This document shows positions 12,001 through 24,084 of a DNA stretch of 64,000 nt, in pieces (position 1 is the stretch's first letter; every line of letters starts with the position of its first letter). Origin of the DNA: Eledone cirrhosa (lineage: Eukaryota); NCBI GenBank assembly GCA_964016885.1, contig OZ024740.1, positions 18,972,001-19,036,000 on the forward strand. Reading direction: 5' to 3'. The notes below the pieces were generated by a model. The model ran no database searches. It saw only the letters and a list, made by a program, of their open reading frames with translations, and was not told the origin of the DNA. The translations under genes and the position numbers were made by a program.

Positions 12001-15000
12001 TCTGTTGAGGCTTGTTCTGTTGAGGTCTTCTTTGTAGAGGTCTGCACTGTTGAGGGCTGCTTTGTTGAGGTCTGCTCTGTTGAGGGTTGCTCTGTTGAGG
12101 TCTGCTCTGTTGAGGTCTGCTCTGTTGAGGGTTGCTCTGTTGAGGTCTGCCCTGTTGAGGTCTGCTCTGTTGAGGTCTGCTCTGTTGAGGTCTGCTCTGT
12201 TGAGCGTTGCTGTGTTTATGTCCGCTCTGTTGAGAGCTGCTCTGTTGAGGTCTGCTCTGTTGAGGGTTGCTCTGTTGAGAATTGCTCTGTTGAGGTCTGC
12301 TCTGTTGAGGTCTGCTCTGTTGATGTTGCTCTGTTGAGGTCTGCTCTGCTGAGGGTTGCCCTGTTGAGGTCTGCTCTGTTGAGGTCTGCTCTGTTGAGGT
12401 CTGCTCTGTTGAGGTTTGCTCTGTTGAGGTCTGCTCTGTTGAGGTCTGCTCTGTTGATGTCTGCTCTGTTGAGGTCTGCTCTTTTGAGGTCTGCTCTGTT
12501 GAGGTCTGCTCTGTTAAGGGTTGTTCTGTTGAGGTCTACTTTGTAGAGGTCTGCACTGTTGAGGGCTGCTTTGTTGAGTTCTGCTCTGTTGAGGTCTGCT
12601 CTGTTGATTCCTGCTCTGTTGTGGGCTTCTCTGTTGAATGTTGCTTTGTTGAGGTCTGCTCTGTTGAGGTATGCTCTGTTGAGGTCTGCTCTGCTGAGGG
12701 TTTCTCTTTTTGAGGTCTGCTCTGTTGAGGGTTGTTCTATTGGGGACTGCTCTGTTGAGGTCTGTCTTTTGAGGTCTGCACTGTTGAGGGTTGCTCTGTT
12801 GAGGTATGCTCTGTTGAGGGTTGCTCTATTGAGGTCTGCTGTTGAGGTCTGCTCTTTTAAGGTCTTCTCTGTTGAGGTCTGCTCTGTTGAGTTCTGCTCT
12901 GTTGAGGGTTGTTCTGGTGAGGTCTGCTTTGTAGAGGTCTGCACTGTTGAGGTCTGCTCTGTTGAGGTCTGCTCTGTTGAGGTCTGCTCTGTTGAGGTCT
13001 GCTCTGTTGAGGTCTGCTCTGTTGAGGTCTTCTCTGTTGAGGGTTGTTCTGTTGAGGTCTGCTCTGTAGAGTTCTGCACTGTTGAGGTGCTCTGTTGACG
13101 TCTGCTCTGTTGAGGGTTGCTCTGCTGAGGGTAGCTCTGCTGAGGTCTGCTCTGTTGAGGTCTGCTCTGTTGAGGTTTGCTCTGTTGAGGTCTACTCTGC
13201 TGAGGGTTGCTCTGCTGAGGTCTGCTCTGTTCAGGTCTGCTCTGTTGAGGGTTGCTCTGTTGAGGCCTGCTCTGTTGAGGTCTGCTCTGTTGAGGGCTGC
13301 TCTGTTGAAGGTTGCTCTGTTGAGAGTTGTTCTGTTGAGGTCTGCTCTGTTGAGGTCTGCTCTGTTGAGGGTTGCTCTGTTGAGAACTGCTTTGTTGAGG
13401 TCTGCTATGTTGAGATCTTCTCTGTTGAGGTCTGCTCTGTTGAGGGTTGATCTGTTGAGGTCTGCTCTGTTGAGGTCTGCTCTGTTGAGGTTTTCTCTGT
13501 TGAGGTCTGCTCTGCTGAGGTCTTCTCTGTTGAGTCTGCTCTGTTGAGGTCTGCTCTGTTGAGGGTTGCTCTGTTGAGGTCTACTCTGTTGAGGTCTGCT
13601 CTGTTGAGGTCTGCTCTGTTGGGGGTTGCTCTGTTGAGTCTGCTCTGTTGCGGTCTGCTCTGTTGAGGTCTGCTCTATTGAGGTCTGCTCTGTTGAGGTA
13701 TGCTCTGTTGAGGGTTGATCTGTTGTGGTCTGCTCTGTTGAGGTCTGCTCTGTTTAGGTTTGCTCTGTTGAGGTTTGCTCTGCTGAGTTCTTCTCTGTTG
13801 AGTCTGCTCTGTTGAGGTCTGCTCTGTTGAGGGTTGCTCTGTTGAGGTCTGCTCTGTTGAGGTCAGCTCTGGTGAGGTCTGCTCTGTTGAGATCTGCTCT
13901 GTTGAGGTCTGCTCTGTTGAGGTCTGTCTGTTGAGGGTTGTTCTGTTGAGGTCTGCTTTGTAGAGGTCTGTACTGTTGAGGGCTGCTTTGTTGAGGATTG
14001 CTCTGTTGATGTCTGCTCTGTTGAGGTCTTTTCTGTTGAGGTCTGCTCTGTTGAGGGTTGCTCTGTTGAGGTCTGCTCTGTTGAGGGTTGCTCTGTTGAG
14101 GACTGCTTTGTTGAGGTCTGCTCTGTTGAGATCTGCTCTGTTGAGGTCTGCTGTGTTGAGGGTTGATCTGTTGCGGTCTGCTCTGTTGAGGTCTGCTCTG
14201 TTGAGGTTTGCTCTGTTGAGATCTGCTCTGTTGAGGTCTGCTGTGTTGAGGGTTGATCTGTTGCGGTCTGCTCTGTAGAGGTCTGCACTGTTGAAGGTAG
14301 CTTTGTTGAGGTCTGCTCTGCTGAGGTCTTCTCTGTTGAGTCTGCTCTGTTGAGGTCTGCTCTGTTGAGGGTTGCTCTTTTGGGGTCTGCTCTGTTGAGG
14401 TCTGCTCTGTTGAGGTCTGCTCTATTGAGGTCTGCTCTGTTGAGGTCTGCTCTGTTGAGGGTTGATCTGTTGTGGTCTGCTCTGTTGAGGTCTGCTCTGT
14501 TGAGGTTTGCTCTGTTGAGGTTTGCTCTGCTGAGTTCTTTTCTGTTGAGTCTGCTCTGTTGAGGTCTGCTCTGTTGAGGGTTGCTCTGTTGAGGTCTGCT
14601 CTGTTGAGGTCTGCTCTGGTGAGGTCTGCTCTGTTGAGGTCTGATCTGTTGAGCGTTTGTCTGTTGAGGTCTGCTTTGTAGAGGTCTGCACTGTTGAGGT
14701 AGGGACTGTTGAGGGCTGCTTTGTTGAGGTCTGCTCTGTTGAGGTGTTCTCTGTTGAGGTCTGCACTGTTGAGGTGTACTCTGTTGAGGTCTGCTCTGTT
14801 GAGGTCTCCTCTGTTGAGGGTTGTTCTCTTGAGGTCTGCTTTGTAGAGGTCTGCACTGTTGAGGGCTGCTTTGTTGAGGTCTGCTCTGTTGAGGTCCGCT
14901 CTGTTGAGGTCTGCTCTGTTGAGGGGTGCTCTGTTGAGAGTTGCTCTGTTGATGCCTGCTCTGTTGTGGGCTGCTCTGTTGAAGGTTGCTCTGTTGAGGT

Positions 15001-18000
15001 CTGCGCTGTTGAGGGTTGCTTTGTTGAGGTCTGCTCTTTTGAGGTCTGCTCTGTTGAGGGTTGCTCTGTTGAGGACTGCTTTGTTGAGGTCTGCTCTGTT
15101 GAGATCTTCTCTGTTGAGGTCTGCTCTGTTGAGGGTTGATCTGTTGAGGTCTGCTCTGTTGAGGTCTGCTCTGTTGAGGTTTGCTCTGTTGAGGTCTGCT
15201 CTGCTGAGGTCTTCTCTGTTGAGTCTGCTATGTTGAGGTCTGCTCTGTTGAGGGTTGCTCTGTTGAGCTCTGCTCTGTTGAAGTCTGCTCTGTTGAGGTC
15301 TGCTCTATTGGGGTCTGCTCTGTTGAGGGCTGATCTGTTGAGGTCTGCTTTGTAGAGGTCTGCACTGTTGATGGTTTCTCTGTTAATGTCTGCTCTGTTG
15401 AAGGTTGCTCCATTGAGGTCTCCTCTGTTGAGGGTTGCTCTGTTGAGTGTTGCTATGTTGAGGTCTGCTCTGTTGAGTTCTGTTCTGTTGAGGTTTGCTC
15501 TGTTGAGGTCTGCTCTGTTGAGGTCTGCTCTGTTGAGATCTGCTCTGTTGAGGGTTGCTCTGTTGAGGGTTGTTCTGTTTATGTCCGCTCTGTTGAGAGC
15601 TGCTCTGTTGAGGTCTGCTCTGTTGACGGTTGCTCTGTTGAGGGTTGCTCTGTTGAGGCCTGCTCTGTTGATGTCTGCTCTGTTGAGGTCTACTCTGTTG
15701 AGGGTTGCTCTGTTGAGGTCTGCTCTGTTGAGGTCGGCTCTGTTGAGGTCTGCTCTGTTGAGGTCCGCTCTGTTGAGGTCTGCTCTGTTGAGGGTTGTTT
15801 TGTTGAGGTTTGATTTGTAGAGGTCTGCACTGTTGAGGTATGGACTGTTGAGGGCTGCTTTGTTGAGGTCTGCTCTGTTGAGGTCTGCTCTGTTGAGGTC
15901 TGCTCTGTTGAGGGTTGCTCTGTTGAGGGTTGCTCTGTTGATGCCTGCTCTGTTCAGGGTTGCTCTGTTGCGGTCTGCTCTGTAGAGGTTTGCTCTGTTG
16001 AGGCCTGCATTGTTGAGGTCTGCTCTGTTGAGTGTTGCTCTGTTGAGTGTTACTCTGTTGAGGGTTGCTCTGTTGAGATCTTCTCTGTTGAGTGTTGCTC
16101 TATTGAGGTTGCCCTATTGAGGGTTGCTCTGTTGAGGGTTGTCCTGTTGAGGTTTTCTCTGTTGAGTTCTGCTCTGTTGAGGTCTGCTCTTTTGAGATCT
16201 ACACTGTTGAGGGTTGCTCTGTTGAGGTCTGCTCTGTTGAGTTATGCTCTGTTGAGGGTTGCTCAGTTGAGGTCTGCTCTGTTGAGGTCTGCTCTGTTGA
16301 GGTCTGCTTTGTTGAGAATCGCTCTGTTGCGGTATGCTCTGATGAGGTCTGCTCTGTTGAGAGCTGTTTGTTGAGGTCTGCTCTGTTGAGGTCTGCTCTG
16401 TTGATGTCTGCTCTGTTGAGGGTTGCTCTGTTGAGGGTTGCTCTGTTGAGGTCTACTCTGTTGAGGTCTGCTCTGTTGAGGTCTGCTCTGTTGAGGGTTG
16501 CTCTGTTGAGTCTGCTCTGTTGAGGTCTGCTCTGTTGAGGTCTGCTCTATTGAGGTCTGCTCTGTTGAGGGTTGATCTGTTGTGGTCTGCTCTGTTGAGG
16601 TCTGCTCTGTTTAGGTTTGCTCTGTTGAGGTTTGCTCTGCTGAGTTCTTCTCTGTTGAGTCTGCTCTGTTGAGGTCTGCTCTGTTGAGGGTTGCTCTGTT
16701 GAGGTCTGCTCTGTTGAGGTCAGCTCTGGTGAGGTCTGCTCTGTTGAGATCTGCTCTGTTGAGGTCTGCTCTGTTGAGGTCTGTCTGTTGAGGGTTGTTC
16801 TGTTGAGGTCTGCTTTGTAGAGGTCTGTACTGTTGAGGGCTGCTTTGTTGAGGATTGCTCTGTTGATCTCTGCTCTGTTGAGGTCTTTTCTGTTGAGGTC
16901 TGCTCTGTTGAGGGTTGCTCTGTTGAGGTCTGCTCTGTTGAGGGTTGCTCTGTTGAGGACTGCTTTGTTGAGGTCTGCTCTGTTGAGATCTGCTCTGTTG
17001 AGGTCTGCTGTGTTGAGGGTTGATCTGTTGCGGTCTGCTCTGTTGAGGTCTGCTCTGTTGAGGTTTGCTCTGTTGAGGTCTGCTCTGCTGAGGTCTTCTC
17101 TGTTGAGTCTGCTCTGTTGAGGTCTGCTCTGTTGAGGGTTGCTCTTTTGGGGTCTGCTCTGTTGAGGTCTGCTCTGTTGAGGTCTGCTCTATTGAGGTCT
17201 GCTCTGTTGAGGTCTGCTCTGTTGAGGGTTGATCTGTTGTGGTCTGCTCTGTTGAGGTCTGCTCTGTTGAGGTTTGCTCTGTTGAGGTTTGCTCTGCTGA
17301 GTTCTTTTCTGTTGAGTCTGCTCTGTTGAGGTCTGCTCTGTTGAGGGTTGCTCTGTTGAGGTCTGCTCTGTTGAGGTCTGCTCTGGTGAGGTCTGCTCTG
17401 TTGAGGTCTGATCTGTTGAGCGTTTGTCTGTTGAGGTCTGCTTTGTAGAGGTCTGCACTGTTGAGGTAGGGACTGTTGAGGGCTGCTTTGTTGAGGTCTG
17501 CTCTGTTGAGGTGTTCTCTGTTGAGGTCTGCACTGTTGAGGTGTACTCTGTTGAGGTCTGCTCTGTTGAGGTCTGCCCTGTTGAGGTCTCCTCTGTTGAG
17601 GGTTGTTCTCTTGAGGTCTGCTTTGTAGAGGTCTGCACTGTTGAGGGCTGCTTTGTTGAGGTCTGCTCTGTTGAGGTCCGCTCTGTTGAGGTCTGCTCTG
17701 TTGAGGGGTGCTCTGTTGAGAGTTGCTCTGTTGATGCCTGCTCTGTTGTGGGCTGCTCTGTTGAAGGTTGCTCTGTTGAGGTCTGCGCTGTTGAGGGTTG
17801 CTTTGTTGAGGTCTGCTCTTTTGAGGTCTGCTCTGTTGAGGGTTGCTCTGTTGAGGACTGCTTTGTTGAGGTCTGCTCTGTTGAGATCTTCTCTGTTGAG
17901 GTCTGCTCTGTTGAGGGTTGATCTGTTGAGGTCTGCTCTGTTGAGGTCTGCTCTGTTGAGGTTTGCTCTGTTGAGGTCTGCTCTGCTGAGGTCTTCTCTG

Positions 18001-19985
18001 TTGAGTCTGCTATGTTGAGGTCTGCTCTGTTGAGGGTTGCTCTGTTGAGCTCTGCTCTGTTGAAGTCTGCTCTGTTGAGGTCTGCTCTATTGGGGTCTGC
18101 TCTGTTGAGGGCTGATCTGTTGAGGTCTGCTTTGTAGAGGTCTGCACTGTTGATGGTTTCTCTGTTAATGTCTGCTCTGTTGAAGGTTGCTCCATTGAGG
18201 TCTCCTCTGTTGAGGGTTGCTCTGTTGAGTGTTGCTATGTTGAGGTCTGCTCTGTTGAGTTCTGTTCTGTTGAGGTTTGCTCTGTTGAGGTCTGCTCTGT
18301 TGAGGTCTGCTCTGTTGAGATCTGCTCTGTTGAGGGTTGCTCTGTTGAGGGTTGTTCTGTTTATGTCCGCTCTGTTGAGAGCTGCTCTGTTGAGGTCTGC
18401 TCTGTTGACGGTTGCTCTGTTGAGGGTTGCTCTGTTGAGGCCTGCTCTGTTGATGTCTGCTCTGTTGAGGTCTACTCTGTTGAGGGTTGCTCTGTTGAGG
18501 TCTGCTCTGTTGAGGTCGGCTCTGTTGAGGTCTGCTCTGTTGAGGTCCGCTCTGTTGAGGTCTGCTCTGTTGAGGGTTGTTTTGTTGAGGTTTGATTTGT
18601 AGAGGTCTGCACTGTTGAGGTATGGACTGTTGAGGGCTGCTTTGTTGAGGTCTGCTCTGTTGAGGTCTGCTCTGTTGAGGTCTGCTCTGTTGAGGGTTGC
18701 TCTGTTGAGGGTTGCTCTGTTGATGCCTGCTCTGTTCAGGGTTGCTCTGTTGCGGTCTGCTCTGTAGAGGTTTGCTCTGTTGAGGCCTGCATTGTTGAGG
18801 TCTGCTCTGTTGAGTGTTGCTCTGTTGAGTGTTACTCTGTTGAGGGTTGCTCTGTTGAGATCTTCTCTGTTGAGTGTTGCTCTATTGAGGTTGCCCTATT
18901 GAGGGTTGCTCTGTTGAGGGTTGTCCTGTTGAGGTTTTCTCTGTTGAGTTCTGCTCTGTTGAGGTCTGCTCTTTTGAGGTCTACACTGTTGAGGGTTGCT
19001 CTGTTGAGGTCTGCTCTGTTGAGTTATGCTCTGTTGAGGGTTGCTCAGTTGAGGTCTGCTCTGTTGAGGTCTGCTCTGTTGAGGTCTGCTTTGTTGAGAA
19101 TCGCTCTGTTGCGGTATGCTCTGATGAGGTCTGCTCTGTTGAGAGCTGTTTGTTGAGGTCTGCTCTGTTGAGGTCTGCTCTGTTGATGTCTGCTCTGTTG
19201 AGGGTTGCTCTGTTGAGGGTTGCTCTGTTGATGCCTGCTCTGTTGTGGGCTGCTCTGTTGAAGGTTGCTCTGTTGAGGTCTGCTCTGTTGATGGTTGCTC
19301 TGTTGAGGTCTGCTCTGTTGAGGTTTGTTCTGTTGAGGGCTGCTTTATTGAGGTCTGCCCTGTTGAGGGTTGCTCTGTTGAGTGTTGCTCTGTTGATGGT
19401 TGCTCTGTTGATGTCTGCTCTGTTGAGGTTTGCTCTGTTGAGTGCTGCTTTGTTGAAGTCTGCTCTGTTGATGGTTGCTCTGTTGCGGGTTGCCCTGTTG
19501 AGGCCTGCTCTGTTGATGCCTGCTCTGTTGTGGGCTTCTCTGTTGAAGGTTGCTCTGTTGAGGTCTTCTCTGTTGGGGGTTGCTCTGTTGAGGTCTGCTC
19601 TGTTGTGGGTTGCTCTGTCGAGGTCTGCTCTGTTGAGGGTTGTCCTGTCGAGGACTGCTCTGTTGAGCTCTGCTCTCTTACGTGTTGCTCTGTTGAGGTT
19701 TTTCTGTTGAGGGTTGTCCCGTTGAGGTCTGCTCTGTTGAGGTCTGCTCTGATTAGGGTTGCTCTGTTGAGTTTGTCCTTTTGAGGGTTGCTCCGTTGAG
19801 GGTTGTCCTGCTGAGGTCTGATCTGTTGAGGTCGGCTCAGTTAAGGGTTGCTCTGTTGAGGTTTTTCTGTTGAGGTTTGTCCCGTTGTGGTCTGCTCTGT
19901 TGAGGTCGGCTCTGTTAAGGGTTGCTCTGTTGAGGTTGTCCTGTTGAGGGTTGCTCTATTGAGGGTTATCCTGTTGATAGTTGTC
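1..19985. repeat. 15-bp satellite array, consensus GTTGAGGTCTGCTCT, about 1300 units, with higher-order duplications; runs off the window start
   Basis: Monomer read directly. Occasional 13/14/16-nt units shift phase, and units decay towards 19985. The RSALL, EVCSV, TEQTS and ADLNR ORFs are frames of this one repeat. Confidence 0.98.
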
Positions 19986-20053
19986 CTATCTACGGGGAGT
20001 AAAACATTTCGATTGTTTATTTATAATTATTAAATTTATTGGTACGATTCCAT

Positions 20054-20360
20054 ATGTATTTATGTATTATGTATGTATGCATGTTTATAATTATATATGT
20101 GTATGTATATTTATGTATATATATATACGTGTGCGTGTATGTATAATATAGAGATACTATATAAATACACATATGCCATGCATACATACACCCATACTAA
20201 ATACATACATGCATGCATACATACATAGAAGCATACATACATACATACAAATATGAATCCATCCATACATACATACATACATACATACATACATACATAC
20301 ATACATACATACATACAGACAGACAGACAGACAGACAGACACACAGACAGACAGACAGAC
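20054..20360. repeat. Compound microsatellite: (TATG)/(TACA)n followed by (GACA)n
   Basis: Direct reading: pure (TACA)n at about 20263-20316, (GACA)n at about 20317-20360. Confidence 0.95.
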
Positions 20361-22783
20361 AAACTAATTGGCTAAAAGAACTGGAACAGGACTACTGCCA
20401 ACATGTCCAGACAAAACAATATGACATAGATGGGTCAATACTGGAAACAGCTCTACAGAAAATGTCGAATAGGAATTCACCAGGCCCAAACCTCATTACA
20501 GGATACTAGTTGAAGAATTTCACTTTCTATCGGCAAGATCTCATACGGCTGTTTACAGAAACCATTAAAGGCACAGAAGAACTACCCAGATGGTTATCAA
20601 CTGCCACTACTCTCCTCATTCGCCAAAATAGCCAAACCTTGCTAAAAATTACCGCCCAATAGCCTGCCAAAACATCATGTATAAATTATATACTGGGTGC
20701 CTTAACCTCTTCTTACAGGATCACTGTGCTACCAACAACATCATAACACCTGAACAAGCTGGTGGAAAGAGGGAGGTGTGGGGTTGCATAGATCACCTAC
20801 TAACTAATAAAATGATTCAGGAAAAAACAACAAAGAATCGCAGAAACATGACTGTCGTGTGGCTGGACTATCAAAAAGCATTTGATAGTGTACCTCATAG
20901 GTGGATTATTAAGGCTTTACAGTTAGCCAAAGTCCCACAACCATTGGTAGCTGCTGTTGAACGCCTGACCAAGAACTGGTACACCAATTTGATCCTTAGA
21001 GGTGAGAAGGACCAAGTTAAGACTGATAAGATACATTACCAGAAGGGCATCTTTCAGGGTGAAAGTTTGTCTGTGCTACTTTTCGTTCTCTCACTAAATC
21101 CACTATCTTAACTCCTCAGGAAACAAGGTGGACAAAGAAGTGGGTCCAGAAGTATCTCCCATCTTTTCTTTGTTGATGACCTGAAGTTGTATGCGCCAAG
21201 TATCAATGACACCAAGAAACAATTGGACCTCATTACACAATTTTCAACAGACATCAAAATGTAATTTAGTGAGTCCAAGTGTGCATATTTGGCAGTAAAA
21301 CGTGGAAGAGCTGTGCCCTCCTCTAGAAATCTAGAGATGAACGGCCTGACAATACAACCTCTACAGTCAGGTGACAACTACAGATATCTTGGACAGGATG
21401 AGAATGTCAGATATGATGGACCCATAAATAAGGAGAGAACCAGAACTGAATACCTCAGAAGAGTAAAGAAAATATGGTCATCAGAACTGTCAGCGTACAA
21501 CAAATACATTGCCCACAATACTTATGCTGTGCCAATTCTAACGCCAACATTTGGCCTGCTGAACTGGTCATTGCAAGAACTAAGTGAGATGGATGTTAGA
21601 ACTCGAAAACTTCTCAGTGTTACTGGGAACTTTAACATCAATGGTGATGTGGATAGGCTATACTTCTTACGCAAGGAAGGTGGCCGGGGTCTAAAATCAA
21701 TATTAACAACATATGAGACCCGGATAGTAACACTGAAGCAACACCTTCAACAGAGGAAAAGGGTTGGCAACCATCTTTCCCAGGTTTATGAGCATGAAAA
21801 AAAAATATCATTAGAATAGCGACTTATCTGGATGAGAGATATGGAATAAAGCCTGATATAAATCTCTCACCCAGAGGAATCGGAAGATCCTATTCAATGT
21901 TCAAACAAGATGAAAAAAATTGACCAATTTACAGAAAAAGTTGTGCATGGATACTTGAGGCGTAAAACACAGACCATAGAAGGGATAAACCACTCAAAAA
22001 GCCTGGCATGGAGTTCCGACAAGTTTATAACAACACACCTTGAGGGATATCTCTATGCAATACAGGAACAAGAACTCCCTACCAAATATCTGCTGCACAA
22101 AAGAGGAGGGCCAGCAGCTGACAATAAATGTAGGCTATGTAAAACAAAGATCGAGGATGTAAGCCACATTGTTGCCAGCTGCGAAAGAATGTCATCTCGC
22201 TGCTACCTCCCCATGAGACACAATGGGATTGCTAGACCATCTGGAACGCACTTCGGAAAACAAAATTAACAACAAACGAGGAAGAATATATTGAGACAGA
22301 TGGCACTAAGGAATACTGGTGGAACCTGAAAATAAAAACTGCCACCAAATTAAAGCACAACCGGCCTGATATTGTTGTTTGGGACCACACATTGAAAACG
22401 TGTTCTGTTGTGGAGATCAGTTGCCCACTTGATGTAAACGTTGTCAGAAAAATACAGGAGAAGGAGGACATCTACGGACCATTGATGAGGAGTTTACAAA
22501 TCCAGTATCCAAGATACACCTTTAGCTTCATATCCATCATTATTGGAGCTACGGGTTATATACCAACCCGCTTGGACCAAAGTATGACTGAACTTGGATT
22601 TGCGGACAAAAAGCGCAGCTCTCTAACTCATAGTCTACAAATGGCTGCGATAGCTGGCACCTTCAAAATATGCAAAACATTCTTGCGATTCAAGGGATGA
22701 CAATTTCTTTTCTTTTACAACCTTGCCACCAGGAAGGTGGCCGGTCAAAAAAAAATATACTCGAAATTAAGAGAAAGAGAAAA
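20361..22783 (+). mobile_element. 5'-truncated, disrupted R4/Dong-like non-LTR retrotransposon (RT, CCHC, restriction-like endonuclease)
   Basis: Motifs in order: SPGPNLI, NYRPIAC, WLDYQKAFDSVPH, GIFQGESLS, SHLFFVDDLKLY, RKEGGRGL, CRLC..EDVSHIVASC, RHN, RPDIVVWD..VVEISCP. Stop at 22700, short 3' UTR ending AAGAGAAAA next to (CATA)n. Contains in-frame stops and frameshifts. Confidence 0.9.
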
Positions 22784-23318
22784 CATACATACATACATAC
22801 ATGGTGGCTGCCAACTCGTTTTCGAGTACGGCCACTACTTTATATCCATGTAGGAGAACCCCTACCGATGCGCTGAACGAGTGTGACTTTTTAGTCCAGC
22901 CAGCGACTTGAAAACTCTGGTACAAACACTACACTTGTGACAATTATTGACACATAGTGCTGGGCCCATGGTACCATGTGACGACAAGTGCAGAGAGATC
23001 TCCAGATATAAAGCAATGCCTGTGCCGTGAAGCTTTTATAGTGAGCAAAGGCACTGCACAAAGCCAGTCCCACTCCCTTAACCAAGATGATATTTACCAA
23101 AAAGAAGAACAAGTCAACATCATTGGATACCACCAGGGTTGCAGGTGTTATATCAGAGTTTTCCTTCTCCTAGAATTCTGCCTTGACAAAGGCTAAGGGG
23201 TCATCTCTCCCGGTGATTTTGGATGGTCATTGACTTTTAAGAGCTCCTTTACCCTTTGACAGGTTTTGTTTTTAGTCCTGCAGGATGTCCAAAGTCACCC
23301 CCCTCACCAAGAAACCTT
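22784..23318 (-). mobile_element. 5'-truncated copy of the 622-bp non-autonomous RTE-derived retroposon with (TGTA)n tail
   Basis: Reverse complement of the unit at 46869-47490. Ends GTACTCGAAAACGAGTTGGCAGCCACCA + (TGTA)n on the minus strand. Confidence 0.85.
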
Positions 23319-23826
23319 ACATACATACATACATACATGGTGGCTGCCAACTCGTTTTCGAGTACGGCCACTACTTTACATCCATGTATGATAACCCCTA
23401 CCGAAGCGCTGAACGAGTGTGACTTTTTAGTCCAGCCAGCGACTTGAAACCTCTGGTACAAACACTACACCTGTGACAATTATTGACACATAGTGCTAGG
23501 CCCATGGTAGGACAATTATTGACACATAGTGCTGGGCCCATGTGAGGACAAGTGCAGAGAGATCTCCAGATATAAAGCAATGCCTGTGCCGTGAAGCTTT
23601 TATAGTGAGCAAAGGCACTGCACAAAGCCAATCCCACTCTCTTAACCAAGATGCTATTTACCAAAAAGAAGAACAAGTCAACATCATTGGATACCATCAG
23701 GGTTGCAGGTGTTATATCAGAGTTTTCCTTCTCCTAGAATTCTGCCTTGACTAAGGCTAAAGGGGTCATCTCTCTCGGTGATTTTGGATGGCCATTGACT
23801 CTTAAGAGCTCCTTTGCCCTTTGACA
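23319..23826 (-). mobile_element. Second 5'-truncated copy of the RTE-derived retroposon, head-to-tail with the previous copy, with a small internal duplication
   Basis: Same sequence family. GACAATTATTGACACATAGTGCT is duplicated at about 23476 and 23511. Has its own (TGTA)n tail. Confidence 0.85.
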
Positions 23827-24060
23827 TACATACATACATACATACATACATACATACATACATGCATACAAACATACATATATACATGATGGCTGAATCT
23901 CAATTTCGAAAACTGCCATCACTTGATCCTTTTCTTAAACATAGCCCTGCCAAAAAATTACATTTCTTTCTATAAATGATACAGCGAAAACAAAACACCT
24001 TTTCAGCTACAGACAGCCATGCTCATGCAACACACGTGAAAATTGTTTAGACCAAATACT
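23827..24060 (-). mobile_element. 3' end of a further RTE-type element with (TGTA)n tail
   Basis: Minus strand ends GGCAGTTTTCGAAATTGAGATTCAGCCATC + TGTA repeats, the same terminal pattern as the 622-bp family. 5' boundary is approximate. Confidence 0.5.
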
Positions 24061-24084
24061 TGAAGCTTTTTGTAAGTGAAGAAA

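Noticed and set aside
1-19985. Pentapeptide-repeat protein (ADLNR matches A[D/N]Lxx), mucin-like TEQTS protein, or Cys-rich EVCSV protein
   Set aside because: All are frames of one 15-bp unit. Indels that are not multiples of three switch frames every few hundred bp and are themselves duplicated, and there is no unique domain or evident gene structure.
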